From assembly GCA_007121075.1 (NCBI GenBank), contig SKMK01000034.1, positions 21,700 to 85,699 of the forward strand: a stretch of DNA of 64,000 bases. The letters are read 5' to 3'. Below the pieces are notes generated by a model that saw only the letters and a list, made by a program, of their open reading frames with translations, was not told the origin of the DNA and did not search any database. Every line of letters begins with the position of its first letter. Position 1 is the first letter of the stretch. This DNA comes from Syntrophomonadaceae bacterium (GTDB taxonomy: Bacteria; Bacillota; Dethiobacteria; DTU022). A program made the position numbers and the translations under genes. This document shows positions 1 through 8,536 of the stretch, one piece after another.

Positions 1-2339
1 ACACTGTCAATAGCGCTGTCGAGCTGGCTGATCGCCCGGTTGGCAGCATCTTGATTGGTAACCAGGATATTGTCGACGCCAAGGGCGCCTGCCCTCATGT
101 CCCCGATGGCAGCATCGACGTCCTGCAGCGGGTTGGCCCCGATCTGGAAGACCATCGAATTATCGGCCAGATGGACAAAAGTTTCGTAAGTCCCTTCAGA
201 CGAATTCCAGACGAAAGCATCATCAGTTGCGGATGAAGCCAAATCGATGCCTGCCATAGGATCAAACCTGACATCAACATTTTCATGGACGGCGCCAATC
301 AGCATGTTGCCCGAAATCCTCTCCTGGGTAACTTCTTCACCGGTATGGGCATCGGTTACAGTTACATCATAGAGAGTTTCGCTTGACTCCTGGATAGTAG
401 TCAGGCTCAGGGCATTGATAATGTTTTCATCACCGACAAAAGTGATTTCACCGTCACTGCCTGTTACCGCCGACTGGATGACAAATGTCCCTTCAACACT
501 GTAGAATTCAGAGGCTTCTTCAGCCGAAGCAACATACTTGGCATAAGCTTCCGGGTCGATGGAATTAAATTCTTCCTGTCCCAGACCTTCATGGATAGCA
601 TTGTTAAGCTTATCCTGCACATCCTGGATCGTGTCTGTTCCAAAAAGGGTAAATGAAGTTTTACTGCCATCCCCCTGGACCAGGGTGATGGTCTGCGGAT
701 CATCTACCAGGAAGTTGCCGCTGGCATCCCAGAAACGATCGATATTTCTCAAGGTAGTACCAGTGTCTGCAATTTCGCCTACTGCCTCAACCCCTTCGAT
801 ACCGGAGGTGTCCATGGTGATCAGGTCCTGGGACTCTCCTGCAAAATCAGTGCCATCAAACTCGACTACCCATGCACCAGCTTCTCCAGTCACTGTAACC
901 GTCTTATTAGCATCATCTAAAGCATCATTGATAGCTGTTTCTACGGCACTTGGATCTGCATCATAATCGATGGATGCGGTTTCCTCACCATCAACCGTCA
1001 AGGTGAAGGTGCCGCCTTCTGCACCTACAAGAGTTATGGTTTGTTGTTCGTTCTGTTGTACGGCACCTTCCAACTCGCTGCCATCAAAAGTAAGCCCGGA
1101 GGCTCCTTCTGCAGCATCAAATAAGATGGTGAACGAGCCGTCTTCGCCTGTCACAGTTACACCATGATCAATACCAGTCAGGCCTCCAATCGCGGTTGCC
1201 AGATCTTCAGCTGAAATGTCGTAGTCTAAAGGAACCGTATCACTAGATCCTCCATCACCTAACGTAAAGGTGCCGCCATCTGCGCCGCCCAGGTTAAGAG
1301 TCTGTTCTTCAGGAGTTACATCAGTGCCGGTGGCAGTTGCATTATCTTCTATTCCTGTTAAGGTTGCCGCATCAGTTGCATTAGCACCCTCATAAGTTAC
1401 AGTAATAGTGTTCTCTCCAGCTGTATTATGAGTAATTGTAATCACGTTAGCTTCTTCCGTAACAGTGGCTAAATCGGCTAATGTACCATCTCCTCCATCA
1501 CCTGCCCCTTCAATGGCTGAAACAATTGCAGCTACATCAGTATATTCTTGACCATCTAAATCTAAAGTGTAATCTGTACCATCAACAGTAATAATCATAT
1601 TTGCGTCGGATAATTCACCTGAGTCCGGATCAGCTGTAGTACCACCTTCTATCTCGGCAGCTGTCGCTTCTGCATAGGCCTGTATCACTTCCAGACCAAG
1701 TTGTGAAGCCTCCTGGGTGACCTCTACATCGTAGGCACCGGAATCATTATTAACCTTCATGATGTCTGTCTTCTGGACCTGGCCTTCACCGGGGGTGGCT
1801 TCGATGTCAAGCTTGAAGTTGCCGCCCTGGACTTCCTTCTGGCCAAACTGGTCGACAGTGCGCAGGCCGTCGCGCATGAAAACCTGGGTTTTCAGGTCGC
1901 TGGTGCTGGTCAGAGCCGAGGTGGTGCCGTCGAGCAGTTTCTTGGTGTTGAACTCGGTAGTGTTGGCAATGCGGTCGATCTCGGTGGTGAGCTGATCGAT
2001 CTCTTTCTGGATCTCCATGCGGTCTGAAGCGGTGAGGGTGTCGTTGGCCGCCTGGACCGAGAGCTCGCGCATCCTCTGCAGGATAGAGTGGGTTTCGTTG
2101 AGGGCGCCCTCTGCGGTCTGGATTAAGGAAATACCGTCCTGGGCGTTCCTCATGGCCTGGTTCAGACCCTGGATCTGGCCGCGCATTTTTTCACTGATGG
2201 CCAGGCCGGCCGCATCGTCAGCGGCGCGGTTAATACGCAGACCTGAAGATAATCTCTCGAGGGATTTGTTCAAGCGGTTTTCAGTCCCTACCATGTTCCT
2301 GTACGCATTTAATGCAGAAATATTTTGGTTGATTCTCAT
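1..2339 (-). CDS. fliC: Flagellin, giant form (779 codons inside the window; the last ~60-70 codons and the stop lie beyond position 1)
   Basis: Minus-strand ATG at 2339, with GGAGG (2350-2354) 10 nt upstream. The N-terminus MRINQNISALNAYRNMVGTENRLNKSLERLSSGLRINRAADDAAGLAISEKMRGQIQGL is a canonical flagellin N-domain. I spot-checked the frame at 987-1022, 1260-1280 and 3-101. At the window edge it reads ...IGDMRAGALGVDNILVTNQDAANRAISQLDSAIDS, the start of the conserved C-domain. It is absent from the ORF track because its stop is outside the window. Confidence 0.9.
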   Translation of the reverse strand, partial: MRINQNISALNAYRNMVGTENRLNKSLERLSSGLRINRAADDAAGLAISEKMRGQIQGLNQAMRNAQDGISLIQTAEGALNETHSILQRMRELSVQAANDTLTASDRMEIQKEIDQLTTEIDRIANTTEFNTKKLLDGTTSALTSTSDLKTQVFMRDGLRTVDQFGQKEVQGGNFKLDIEATPGEGQVQKTDIMKVNNDSGAYDVEVTQEASQLGLEVIQAYAEATAAEIEGGTTADPDSGELSDANMIITVDGTDYTLDLDGQEYTDVAAIVSAIEGAGDGGDGTLADLATVTEEANVITITHNTAGENTITVTYEGANATDAATLTGIEDNATATGTDVTPEEQTLNLGGADGGTFTLGDGGSSDTVPLDYDISAEDLATAIGGLTGIDHGVTVTGEDGSFTILFDAAEGASGLTFDGSELEGAVQQNEQQTITLVGAEGGTFTLTVDGEETASIDYDADPSAVETAINDALDDANKTVTVTGEAGAWVVEFDGTDFAGESQDLITMDTSGIEGVEAVGEIADTGTTLRNIDRFWDASGNFLVDDPQTITLVQGDGSKTSFTLFGTDTIQDVQDKLNNAIHEGLGQEEFNSIDPEAYAKYVASAEEASEFYSVEGTFVIQSAVTGSDGEITFVGDENIINALSLTTIQESSETLYDVTVTDAHTGEEVTQERISGNMLIGAVHENVDVRFDPMAGIDLASSATDDAFVWNSSEGTYETFVHLADNSMVFQIGANPLQDVDAAIGDMRAGALGVDNILVTNQDAANRAISQLDSAIDS

Positions 2340-2564
2340 TATACTCAATCCTCCGTGATTGATTTTTTGTTCGGCATCTGTGCCGTTTTTTATTTCAGCC
2401 CTTCCCGTCCGGTTTCAGCTGCTTCTTAACTTTCGCCTCCTTTCCGAAACGGCTTCTGAAACCCTCCAGGGATGAGCAGAAATCCCTGCATTTGCTTTAA
2501 CCCGGGCTTTTTTCGCTTTTCAGGAGAGCTTTTCCCGGGAGGGCTATAATCAGCCTTATAGATA

Positions 2565-2591
2565 TTATCGGCAGGGGGTAAAGTTAATTAA
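2565..2591 (-). promoter_or_regulatory. Sigma-D/FliA (sigma-28) type promoter for the flagellin gene
   Basis: The minus strand reads TTAA-N15-GCCGATAA (-35 at 2588-2591, -10 at 2565-2572). The consensus, from memory, is TAAA-N15-GCCGATAT. It sits about 225 nt upstream of the flagellin ATG. Confidence 0.55.
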
Positions 2592-2789
2592 GGGGTAAAA
2601 TGAAGTTTTTTAGACTTTTTGGGTCAAACCTAAATCTGATCCAGGGCCGTTTGGGTGAGATTAGGCATTGCTGTACCAATATATATATGTGTAACTCCTG
2701 CCCGAAAAGCAGTTTTAGCTGCTTTTATGCTATAATCTGATCGATTTCAGTTTGCAAAGATTCGCCCGGGGGAGATGAGGTAGGGCCGG

Positions 2790-3008
2790 GTGGAAAAATT
2801 TACGGCAAAGGTCGGAACGGTTTTGAAAAGCAACCGGGCAAGCGAAAATAGAATCAACTGCCTTAACTGCCGTCACTATTACATCACGTGGGACAGGAAT
2901 TTTCCCCGCGGCTGCCGGGCCCTTGAGTTTAAGACCAGGTTTTCCCCGGCCGTGGTGGTTTACCGCTCTTCCGGCATGAAATGCCTTTATTACAGCCCCA
3001 AAAAATAA
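2790..3008 (+). CDS. Small Cys-rich hypothetical protein (72 aa)
   Basis: GTG-start ORF with four Cys (CLNC ... GC ... KC). It ends immediately before a strong hairpin terminator and is divergent from the flagellin promoter. The overlapping minus-strand ORF 2730-3014 is judged a shadow. Confidence 0.5.
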   Translation: MEKFTAKVGTVLKSNRASENRINCLNCRHYYITWDRNFPRGCRALEFKTRFSPAVVVYRSSGMKCLYYSPKK

Positions 3009-3033
3009 CTGCACGGGCCCTAAACCCGTGCAG
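3009..3033. terminator. Bidirectional intrinsic terminator
   Basis: CTGCACGGG-N7-CCCGTGCAG, a 9 bp perfect stem. On the minus strand it is followed by TTATTTTTT, so it terminates the 3081-4727 gene. On the plus strand T-rich sequence follows the 72 aa ORF. Confidence 0.7.
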
Positions 3034-3080
3034 TATTCACCTGCTATTTTCTTTATTGCCTTATTATCCTCATTATATCG

Positions 3081-4727
3081 CTACTTCTTTGCCGTTTCCT
3101 TCGGGTCGGCCTCGTCCTGGCCGGTAGTTTCGCCTAATTCTGTCGAACGGGGCGCCGGCACTTCACCGTAAGTCTGGTTAGTGAAAGCTGTCCCCTCAAA
3201 AATCCGGTAAAGGTCCCGGCGGCGGTCTTTCAGGTGGGTGACGGTGCCGGTGATGCGGTTGCGGCGCAGGATTTCTAAGTCCACATCGCCGATGACCACG
3301 GTTTCTATATTGGCGCTGCATTCGCCGACGATGCCGTCACGGGAAAAGGCAAAGTCGGACGGGGAAAAGATGCCCGACTGGGCGTACATGGTGTCGCTGC
3401 GGGGCACATGGGTCAGGTTGCCGACTGTGCCGGAAATTACGGTGTAGATCTCGTTTTCAATGGCCCGGGCCTGGGCGCAGTAGCGCACCCGCAGGTAACC
3501 CTGGCGGTCGTCGGTGCAGAAGGGAGTAAAGATAATGCGTGCTCCCTTGTCGGTGGCCATGCGGCAGAGTTCGGGAAACTGGGTGTCGTAGCAGATCAAG
3601 ATGGCGACCTTGCCGCAGTCGGTGTTAAACACTTTGAGCTCATTGCCCGGCTGGATGGCCCACCATTTGCGTTCATCGGGGGTGATGTGCAGCTTGTACT
3701 GCTGGTCAATGGTGCCGTCGCGGTGGAACAGGTAGCTGACGTTGTAGAGGAGCTCGTCTTCCTCAACAAAGTGCGAACCGCCGATAATATTGATGTTGTG
3801 CTTGACAGCAAGCATGCTGAACAACTTGATATAGTCCTCAGTAAATTCGGCCAGGTTGCGGACCTGCTTACTTGGTATGGTTTCATCCAGGAACGAAAGC
3901 AGCTGGATGGTGAAAGTTTCCGGGAAAACGACAAAGTCGGATTCGTCCAGGGCGGCCACGTCGACAAAGTACTCGCACTGGCTGGCGAAGTCCTCGAAGG
4001 AATCGATTTTCTTGAGCATGTACTGCACGGTGCAAATGCGAACCGGAAAAGCACGCCGGTAGAGCCGCTTGGAGCTGGGCATGTAGTCGACGTTGTTCCA
4101 TTCCAGCAGGACGGCATAGGTGCGGGAAGCCTTGTCATCAGACAGGTAATTGGGATTGACCCACTTGAGTTTGAAACCGCTCATGAGTTGAAAGCTCAGT
4201 ACGGGGTCGTAAAGCTTCTGCTGGATCACCTGCTGAACGTACTCGTTGGCCGACATCTGGTCGGCATATTTATGATAATAGGGAATCCGGCCGCCGACCA
4301 GGAAACTTTCTAAGTTCAGGCGTCGGGTCAGGTTTTTGCGCTCTTCATAAATCCTGGTCCCGATATGCAGGCGGCGGAAATCGGGATGAACCATAATCGC
4401 TATTCCGTAAAGGTGCTTGCCTTCCGGGTCGTGGTTGCTAATATAACCGTTATCAGTGATCTCATCGAAGGTGTGGCGGTCTTCGTACTCGTTAAAATCG
4501 ATGATCAGGCTCGAAGAGGCACCGATGATTTTGCCGTCGTACTCGACGCAGAACTGCCCCTCCGGGAATATCTCGATATGGCTCTTCAGCTGATCGCGGG
4601 TCCAGGGATCCATGTTCGGAAAACAGATCTTGGACAGCTCCACGATCTCATCGATATCCTTCTCCTCTACCTGACGGATAATCAGTTTCTTTTCAATTTT
4701 TGATAGGTCAATACGTTCAGACGTCAA
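3081..4727 (-). CDS. Bifunctional GNAT N-acetyltransferase / carbon-nitrogen hydrolase (nitrilase superfamily) protein
   Basis: 548 aa, TTG start with GGAGG 10 nt upstream. The N-terminal ~210 aa are GNAT-like. The C-terminal half carries the nitrilase E-K-C triad contexts (VVFPETFT, YKLHITPDE, VAILICYDTQFPE). Confidence 0.88.
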   Translation of the reverse strand: MTSERIDLSKIEKKLIIRQVEEKDIDEIVELSKICFPNMDPWTRDQLKSHIEIFPEGQFCVEYDGKIIGASSSLIIDFNEYEDRHTFDEITDNGYISNHDPEGKHLYGIAIMVHPDFRRLHIGTRIYEERKNLTRRLNLESFLVGGRIPYYHKYADQMSANEYVQQVIQQKLYDPVLSFQLMSGFKLKWVNPNYLSDDKASRTYAVLLEWNNVDYMPSSKRLYRRAFPVRICTVQYMLKKIDSFEDFASQCEYFVDVAALDESDFVVFPETFTIQLLSFLDETIPSKQVRNLAEFTEDYIKLFSMLAVKHNINIIGGSHFVEEDELLYNVSYLFHRDGTIDQQYKLHITPDERKWWAIQPGNELKVFNTDCGKVAILICYDTQFPELCRMATDKGARIIFTPFCTDDRQGYLRVRYCAQARAIENEIYTVISGTVGNLTHVPRSDTMYAQSGIFSPSDFAFSRDGIVGECSANIETVVIGDVDLEILRRNRITGTVTHLKDRRRDLYRIFEGTAFTNQTYGEVPAPRSTELGETTGQDEADPKETAKK

Positions 4728-4939
4728 TTTCTTAATACCTCCTGCCTACTAAATTAACACAGGACAGGCGTCGTGACAACTTAATTTTTCCTTTATAGAG
4801 AGGTCTTTAAGGGGTTTTTGAAGCTGGACAAAAGGAAAGTCCTCGGCTGCAAGAAGGTTGCTCTGCCAGCAGGCAGAACAGCCGCCGGCAGAGTTTCCCG
4901 CTGTTTGAGGCCAATAAATTAATCCTGCTATTTTCATCT

Positions 4940-5773
4940 TTATTTATCCTTCGGCCCGGAGGGATAGACGGGACCGGGGTTGTATTCCACGCTCGGCCGG
5001 GCGGCGCGCGGCTGGGGGAAAAGGCTCATCAGGGCATAAACATCGGCGGGCATATCGGTATTGACGTTAATGCCCAACTCGGCCATTTCCCTGACATCGA
5101 TGGGGTAGTCATGGGTCCAGGTGCCCTGGGTCAGCTTTTCGGCCGTTTTGTCGGCCTGCTCCTCGTCCATGTGCTTAAGGAGAAGGTTTTTAACGGTCAC
5201 TCTGATCTGGTGCAGAGCTTTGCCGGCCACGTCAGCCAGGATGAAAGTCTGGTCGTCAATATCCTTGGCTTCTTTTTTCTCCAGGACCTTGATCAGGGAA
5301 GCTGCCGGGCATTGTCCCAGCTGGGGATCAAGCGGCCCGAGAACGGCGTTCTCATCCATGACCACCTCGTCTGCAGCCAGGGCCACCAGGGTCCCGCCGG
5401 ACATTGAGTAGTGGGGCACAAAAACAGTGACCTTGCCCGGGTGGCGCAGGAGCGCTTCCGCAATCTGTTCCGAAGCCAGGACCAGGCCGCCGGGGGTATG
5501 CAGGATCAGGTCGATAGGTACGTCCTTGTCGGTCATGCGGATGGCGGTCAGGACCTGTTCCGAATCCTCGATGTTGATGAAACGGGTCAGGGGGATTCCC
5601 AGCAGGCTCAAAGCCTCCTGGCGGTGAATCAGGGTAATCACCCGGCTACCCCGGGCCTTTTCCAGGTCGGACATCTTGCGCGTCCGGGCGGAGCGGAGCA
5701 TTTGCTGCTGCAGGTAAGGCGTCAGGGCCATTACGATTATAAAGATCCAGAACAGCTGTGAAAGGTTTTCCAT
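4940..5773 (-). CDS. SDH-family Clp-fold serine proteinase (membrane-anchored, ClpP/SppA-like fold)
   Basis: The ORF track starts at TTG 5791, but that codon lies inside the SD. ATG 5773 (MENLSQLFW...) has GGAGG 9 nt upstream. Motifs: LHTPGGLV, MSGGTLVALAADE, LGPLDPQLG. One N-terminal TM helix. Confidence 0.8.
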   Translation of the reverse strand: MENLSQLFWIFIIVMALTPYLQQQMLRSARTRKMSDLEKARGSRVITLIHRQEALSLLGIPLTRFINIEDSEQVLTAIRMTDKDVPIDLILHTPGGLVLASEQIAEALLRHPGKVTVFVPHYSMSGGTLVALAADEVVMDENAVLGPLDPQLGQCPAASLIKVLEKKEAKDIDDQTFILADVAGKALHQIRVTVKNLLLKHMDEEQADKTAEKLTQGTWTHDYPIDVREMAELGINVNTDMPADVYALMSLFPQPRAARPSVEYNPGPVYPSGPKDK

Positions 5774-5815
5774 GTTTATTGACCTCCTCAATCTATAACC
5801 TTAACTTAACTATCA

Positions 5816-6493
5816 TTAACAGTAGTCGCGCCAGCACTCCCAGAAGGGGTCAGCCCGGTAAATGCGCTTTGGCCGCATATACAGGATCAGGACCATGCCG
5901 AGGACAAATCCCCCGATATGGGCCCACCAGGCCACGCCTGGCTGGCCGGAAACAGCAAAAACAAACTGGATCAGGGCCCAGTAACCAAGATAGATTGGGG
6001 CCGGGAGCAAGAAGAAAAAAAATATAAAAGGTGGAATAATGGTTAAAATACGGGCCCGGGGGAAGAGGACCAGGTAGGCGCCCAGGATGCCGGATACCGC
6101 CCCGGAGGCACCGACCATGGGAATATCGCTGGCGGGCATAAAAAATCCCTGGGCCAGGGCGGCGGCCACCCCGGAGAGCAAATAAAGAATCATGAAGCGC
6201 TTAAAGCCGAGCCGGCCCTCAACGGCGGGGCCGAAAACCCAGATAAACCACATGTTGCCGAGCAGGTGGGCAATAGATCCATGCATGAACATGCTGGTAA
6301 AGATGGTCCAGGATTCACCAACCGGGTCCTGGAAAAACAGGGCTGGCACGAACCCGAAGTTGTAAAAAAGAACGGGCATCATCTGGGGGCCCAAAGACAG
6401 CTGGTAAAAAAAGGCCAGGGTGTTTAGTACAACCAGACCGATGGTGGCAATAACGGCGCCGTGATAGGTAATTGTGTCGCGCAGTGGGAACAT
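5816..6493 (-). CDS. Rhomboid family intramembrane serine protease
   Basis: 225 aa polytopic protein with HGSIAHLLGNMWFIWVFG, the catalytic GASGAVSG, and a downstream AHIGGF histidine. Confidence 0.9.
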   Translation of the reverse strand: MFPLRDTITYHGAVIATIGLVVLNTLAFFYQLSLGPQMMPVLFYNFGFVPALFFQDPVGESWTIFTSMFMHGSIAHLLGNMWFIWVFGPAVEGRLGFKRFMILYLLSGVAAALAQGFFMPASDIPMVGASGAVSGILGAYLVLFPRARILTIIPPFIFFFFLLPAPIYLGYWALIQFVFAVSGQPGVAWWAHIGGFVLGMVLILYMRPKRIYRADPFWECWRDYC

Positions 6494-6681
6494 GAACCTA
6501 AATGCCCCTCTCTCCTCCAGCCGGTTACAGCCGGACTTTATTAATTATATCATATCCTTCTAAAGCTTAAAGAGGCACTCCCGTCGAAAGGAATTGCAGC
6601 GGGGGTGTTGAAATATATATAGAAGAAAAATACCGGTCAGGATTACCCTGGCGCACGGTAGACAACAAGAGGTGATAGGAT

Positions 6682-7785
6682 TTGCGTATAGTCGTTTTAG
6701 GTGGGGCCGGGGACATGGGCGCCGGAGTAGTCCGCGACCTGGCCCGCTACTCCAGGGCCACTGAAATTGTCATTGCAGACATGAACGAACACAAAGGAAA
6801 AAAACTGGCCGAAGAACTCGGAGATGCAAGGCTGACCGTGGAAAAAGTCGATGCCCGGTCCCGGGAAAGCCTGGTTAAGGTCATGAAAGGAAGCGCCGCC
6901 GTGGCCGGAACCCTGGGTCCCTTCTACCTGTTCGAGCGTCCCATCGTAGAAGCGGCTATTGAAGCGGGTGCTAACTATGTCAGTATTTGCGACGACCACG
7001 ATGCAGCCAAATCGGTCCTTGAACTGGACCTGGAAGCCCGCCAGAAAGGCCGCCGCATCCTGACCGGTTTGGGCTGGACCCCGGGCCTGAGCAACCTGCT
7101 TGTCCGCAAGGGCTATAACCGGCTCGACCAGGCTTCTGCCGTATGCATTTACTGGGCCGGCAGCGTGGGCGACTCAAGGGGGCTGGCCGTGATCCTGCAC
7201 CTGGTCCACATTTTCACCGGCCGGGTGGTGTCCTACCGGGAAGGCAAAACAGAGCGGATCAAGGCCGGCTCGGAAAAAGAAACCGTGCAATTTCCATCAC
7301 CTCTCGGCCAGGTTAATACTTACCATTTAGGGCACCCGGAACCGATTACCATTCCCCTTTACCTGGAAGGCCTGCAGGAAGTTGTCTTAAAAGGTGGGAT
7401 GGTCGAACACTATATCAACCTGCTGGCCCAGTTTGTCTCCTCCCTCGGCCTGACCAGGAACCGGCTGACCAAGCAGGCCCTGGGCTGGTTTTTTAAGATT
7501 GTCACTCCCCTGTTCCCGGCCGATAAAGAACGCAGCCTGTCCGGGATCAGGGTCGATGTAAGCGGGACCAAAAACGACAGGCCATTGCACTTGTCCTTTG
7601 GCACAGCAGGCCCGATGCGCAATCTGACCGGCCTGCCTTTAAGCATCGGCACCATCATGATGGCTGAAAACCGGATTCCCCGGTTCGGGGTTTTCGGCCC
7701 GGAGGCGGACAATGCCGTCGACTGCGATGCCTTTTTCGAAGAACTGGGCCGTCGGGGTATCAAAATTGAAGAACGGGAACTGTAA
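6682..7785 (+). CDS. Saccharopine dehydrogenase-like NAD(P)-binding oxidoreductase
   Basis: 367 aa, TTG start with AGAGGTGA 6 nt upstream. Rossmann motif VVLGGAGDMG at the N-terminus, with a Sacchrp_dh-like C-terminal half. Confidence 0.8.
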   Translation: MRIVVLGGAGDMGAGVVRDLARYSRATEIVIADMNEHKGKKLAEELGDARLTVEKVDARSRESLVKVMKGSAAVAGTLGPFYLFERPIVEAAIEAGANYVSICDDHDAAKSVLELDLEARQKGRRILTGLGWTPGLSNLLVRKGYNRLDQASAVCIYWAGSVGDSRGLAVILHLVHIFTGRVVSYREGKTERIKAGSEKETVQFPSPLGQVNTYHLGHPEPITIPLYLEGLQEVVLKGGMVEHYINLLAQFVSSLGLTRNRLTKQALGWFFKIVTPLFPADKERSLSGIRVDVSGTKNDRPLHLSFGTAGPMRNLTGLPLSIGTIMMAENRIPRFGVFGPEADNAVDCDAFFEELGRRGIKIEEREL

Positions 7786-8077
7786 AAAAACCGGCTTAAC
7801 ATTAATAACCACCCTGGCGATCAACCACGGCCATGATCCATATAAAGTTTTCATAATTCACCTCTACCACCTGCTTTCCATAAAATTATTTATTCCACTT
7901 GTCCTGATGATCATGATTTAGGGCTGTTCCGGGCTTTTTTTTGAATTTTTACTCTTATTGGCCGTGGCAGGAATTTACTGAATGGATCGAGAAAATAAAT
8001 TTGGTTATAAGTGAGTAAATTTAGCATTTGCTAAACTTTGCGCGAAAATTTAAAGATAATTGAATGGAGGGAAGGAT

Positions 8078-8536
8078 TTGCAGGAACAAACCAGCAAGGC
8101 TTTGTCAGGTTTTGAAGGTAAGACCAACGAAGTTATTCCTATGCTGCAGGCAGTCCAGAACGAAATCGGCTACCTGCCGGAAGAAGCAATCCGCGATATT
8201 GCCGACATAATCGGCATCCCGGAGAGCAAGGTTTATGGAACCGCCACTTTTTATTCCCAGTTTTACTTCTCCCCCCGGGGAGAACGCACGATAAAGGTCT
8301 GCCTGGGAACGGCATGCCACGTCCGCGGCGGCATGCAAGTTATGGAGGCCCTGGAACGTGAAATGGGGATCAACGCCGGTGAAACAACACAGGATTTCAA
8401 GTTCAGCCTGGAACGAGTAAACTGCGTCGGTTCATGCGCACTGGCCCCCGTGGTCATGGTTGATGACGATGTTTTCGGACGGCTTGTCCCGAAGCAGGCA
8501 AAGGAGGTTCTAGAAAAAAGTGATCCAGAAGTTTGA
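8078..8536 (+). CDS. NuoE/HydC-like [2Fe-2S] thioredoxin-fold subunit of a soluble formate dehydrogenase/hydrogenase-type diaphorase
   Basis: The ORF track starts at TTG 8060. TTG 8078 is 7 nt after GGAGG (8066-8070) and is the likelier start. Cys pattern: CLGTACHVRG ... CVGSCALAP. Confidence 0.85.
   Translation: MQEQTSKALSGFEGKTNEVIPMLQAVQNEIGYLPEEAIRDIADIIGIPESKVYGTATFYSQFYFSPRGERTIKVCLGTACHVRGGMQVMEALEREMGINAGETTQDFKFSLERVNCVGSCALAPVVMVDDDVFGRLVPKQAKEVLEKSDPEV

Noticed and set aside
3408-4313. 301 aa plus-strand ORF (and other plus or minus ORFs at 3238-4703) inside the GNAT-nitrilase gene
   Set aside because: These are antisense shadow ORFs. Their composition is Gly/Val/Ala-rich with no motifs and no SD, and the opposite strand encodes a full-length recognisable protein.
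4749-4937. 62 aa minus-strand ORF between the SDH proteinase and the GNAT-nitrilase genes
   Set aside because: It has no SD and a Cys/Gly/Ala-rich sequence with no recognisable family. The interval more likely holds the promoter and leader of the GNAT-nitrilase gene. It stays a low-probability candidate.
7639-7854. 71 aa minus-strand ORF with a decent SD (GGTGGTAGAGGTGA) downstream of the saccharopine dehydrogenase-like gene
   Set aside because: About 147 nt of it runs antisense through the 3' end of a well-supported gene, and its C-terminal part is shadow-like. At most a short peptide could be real, and I cannot support that.
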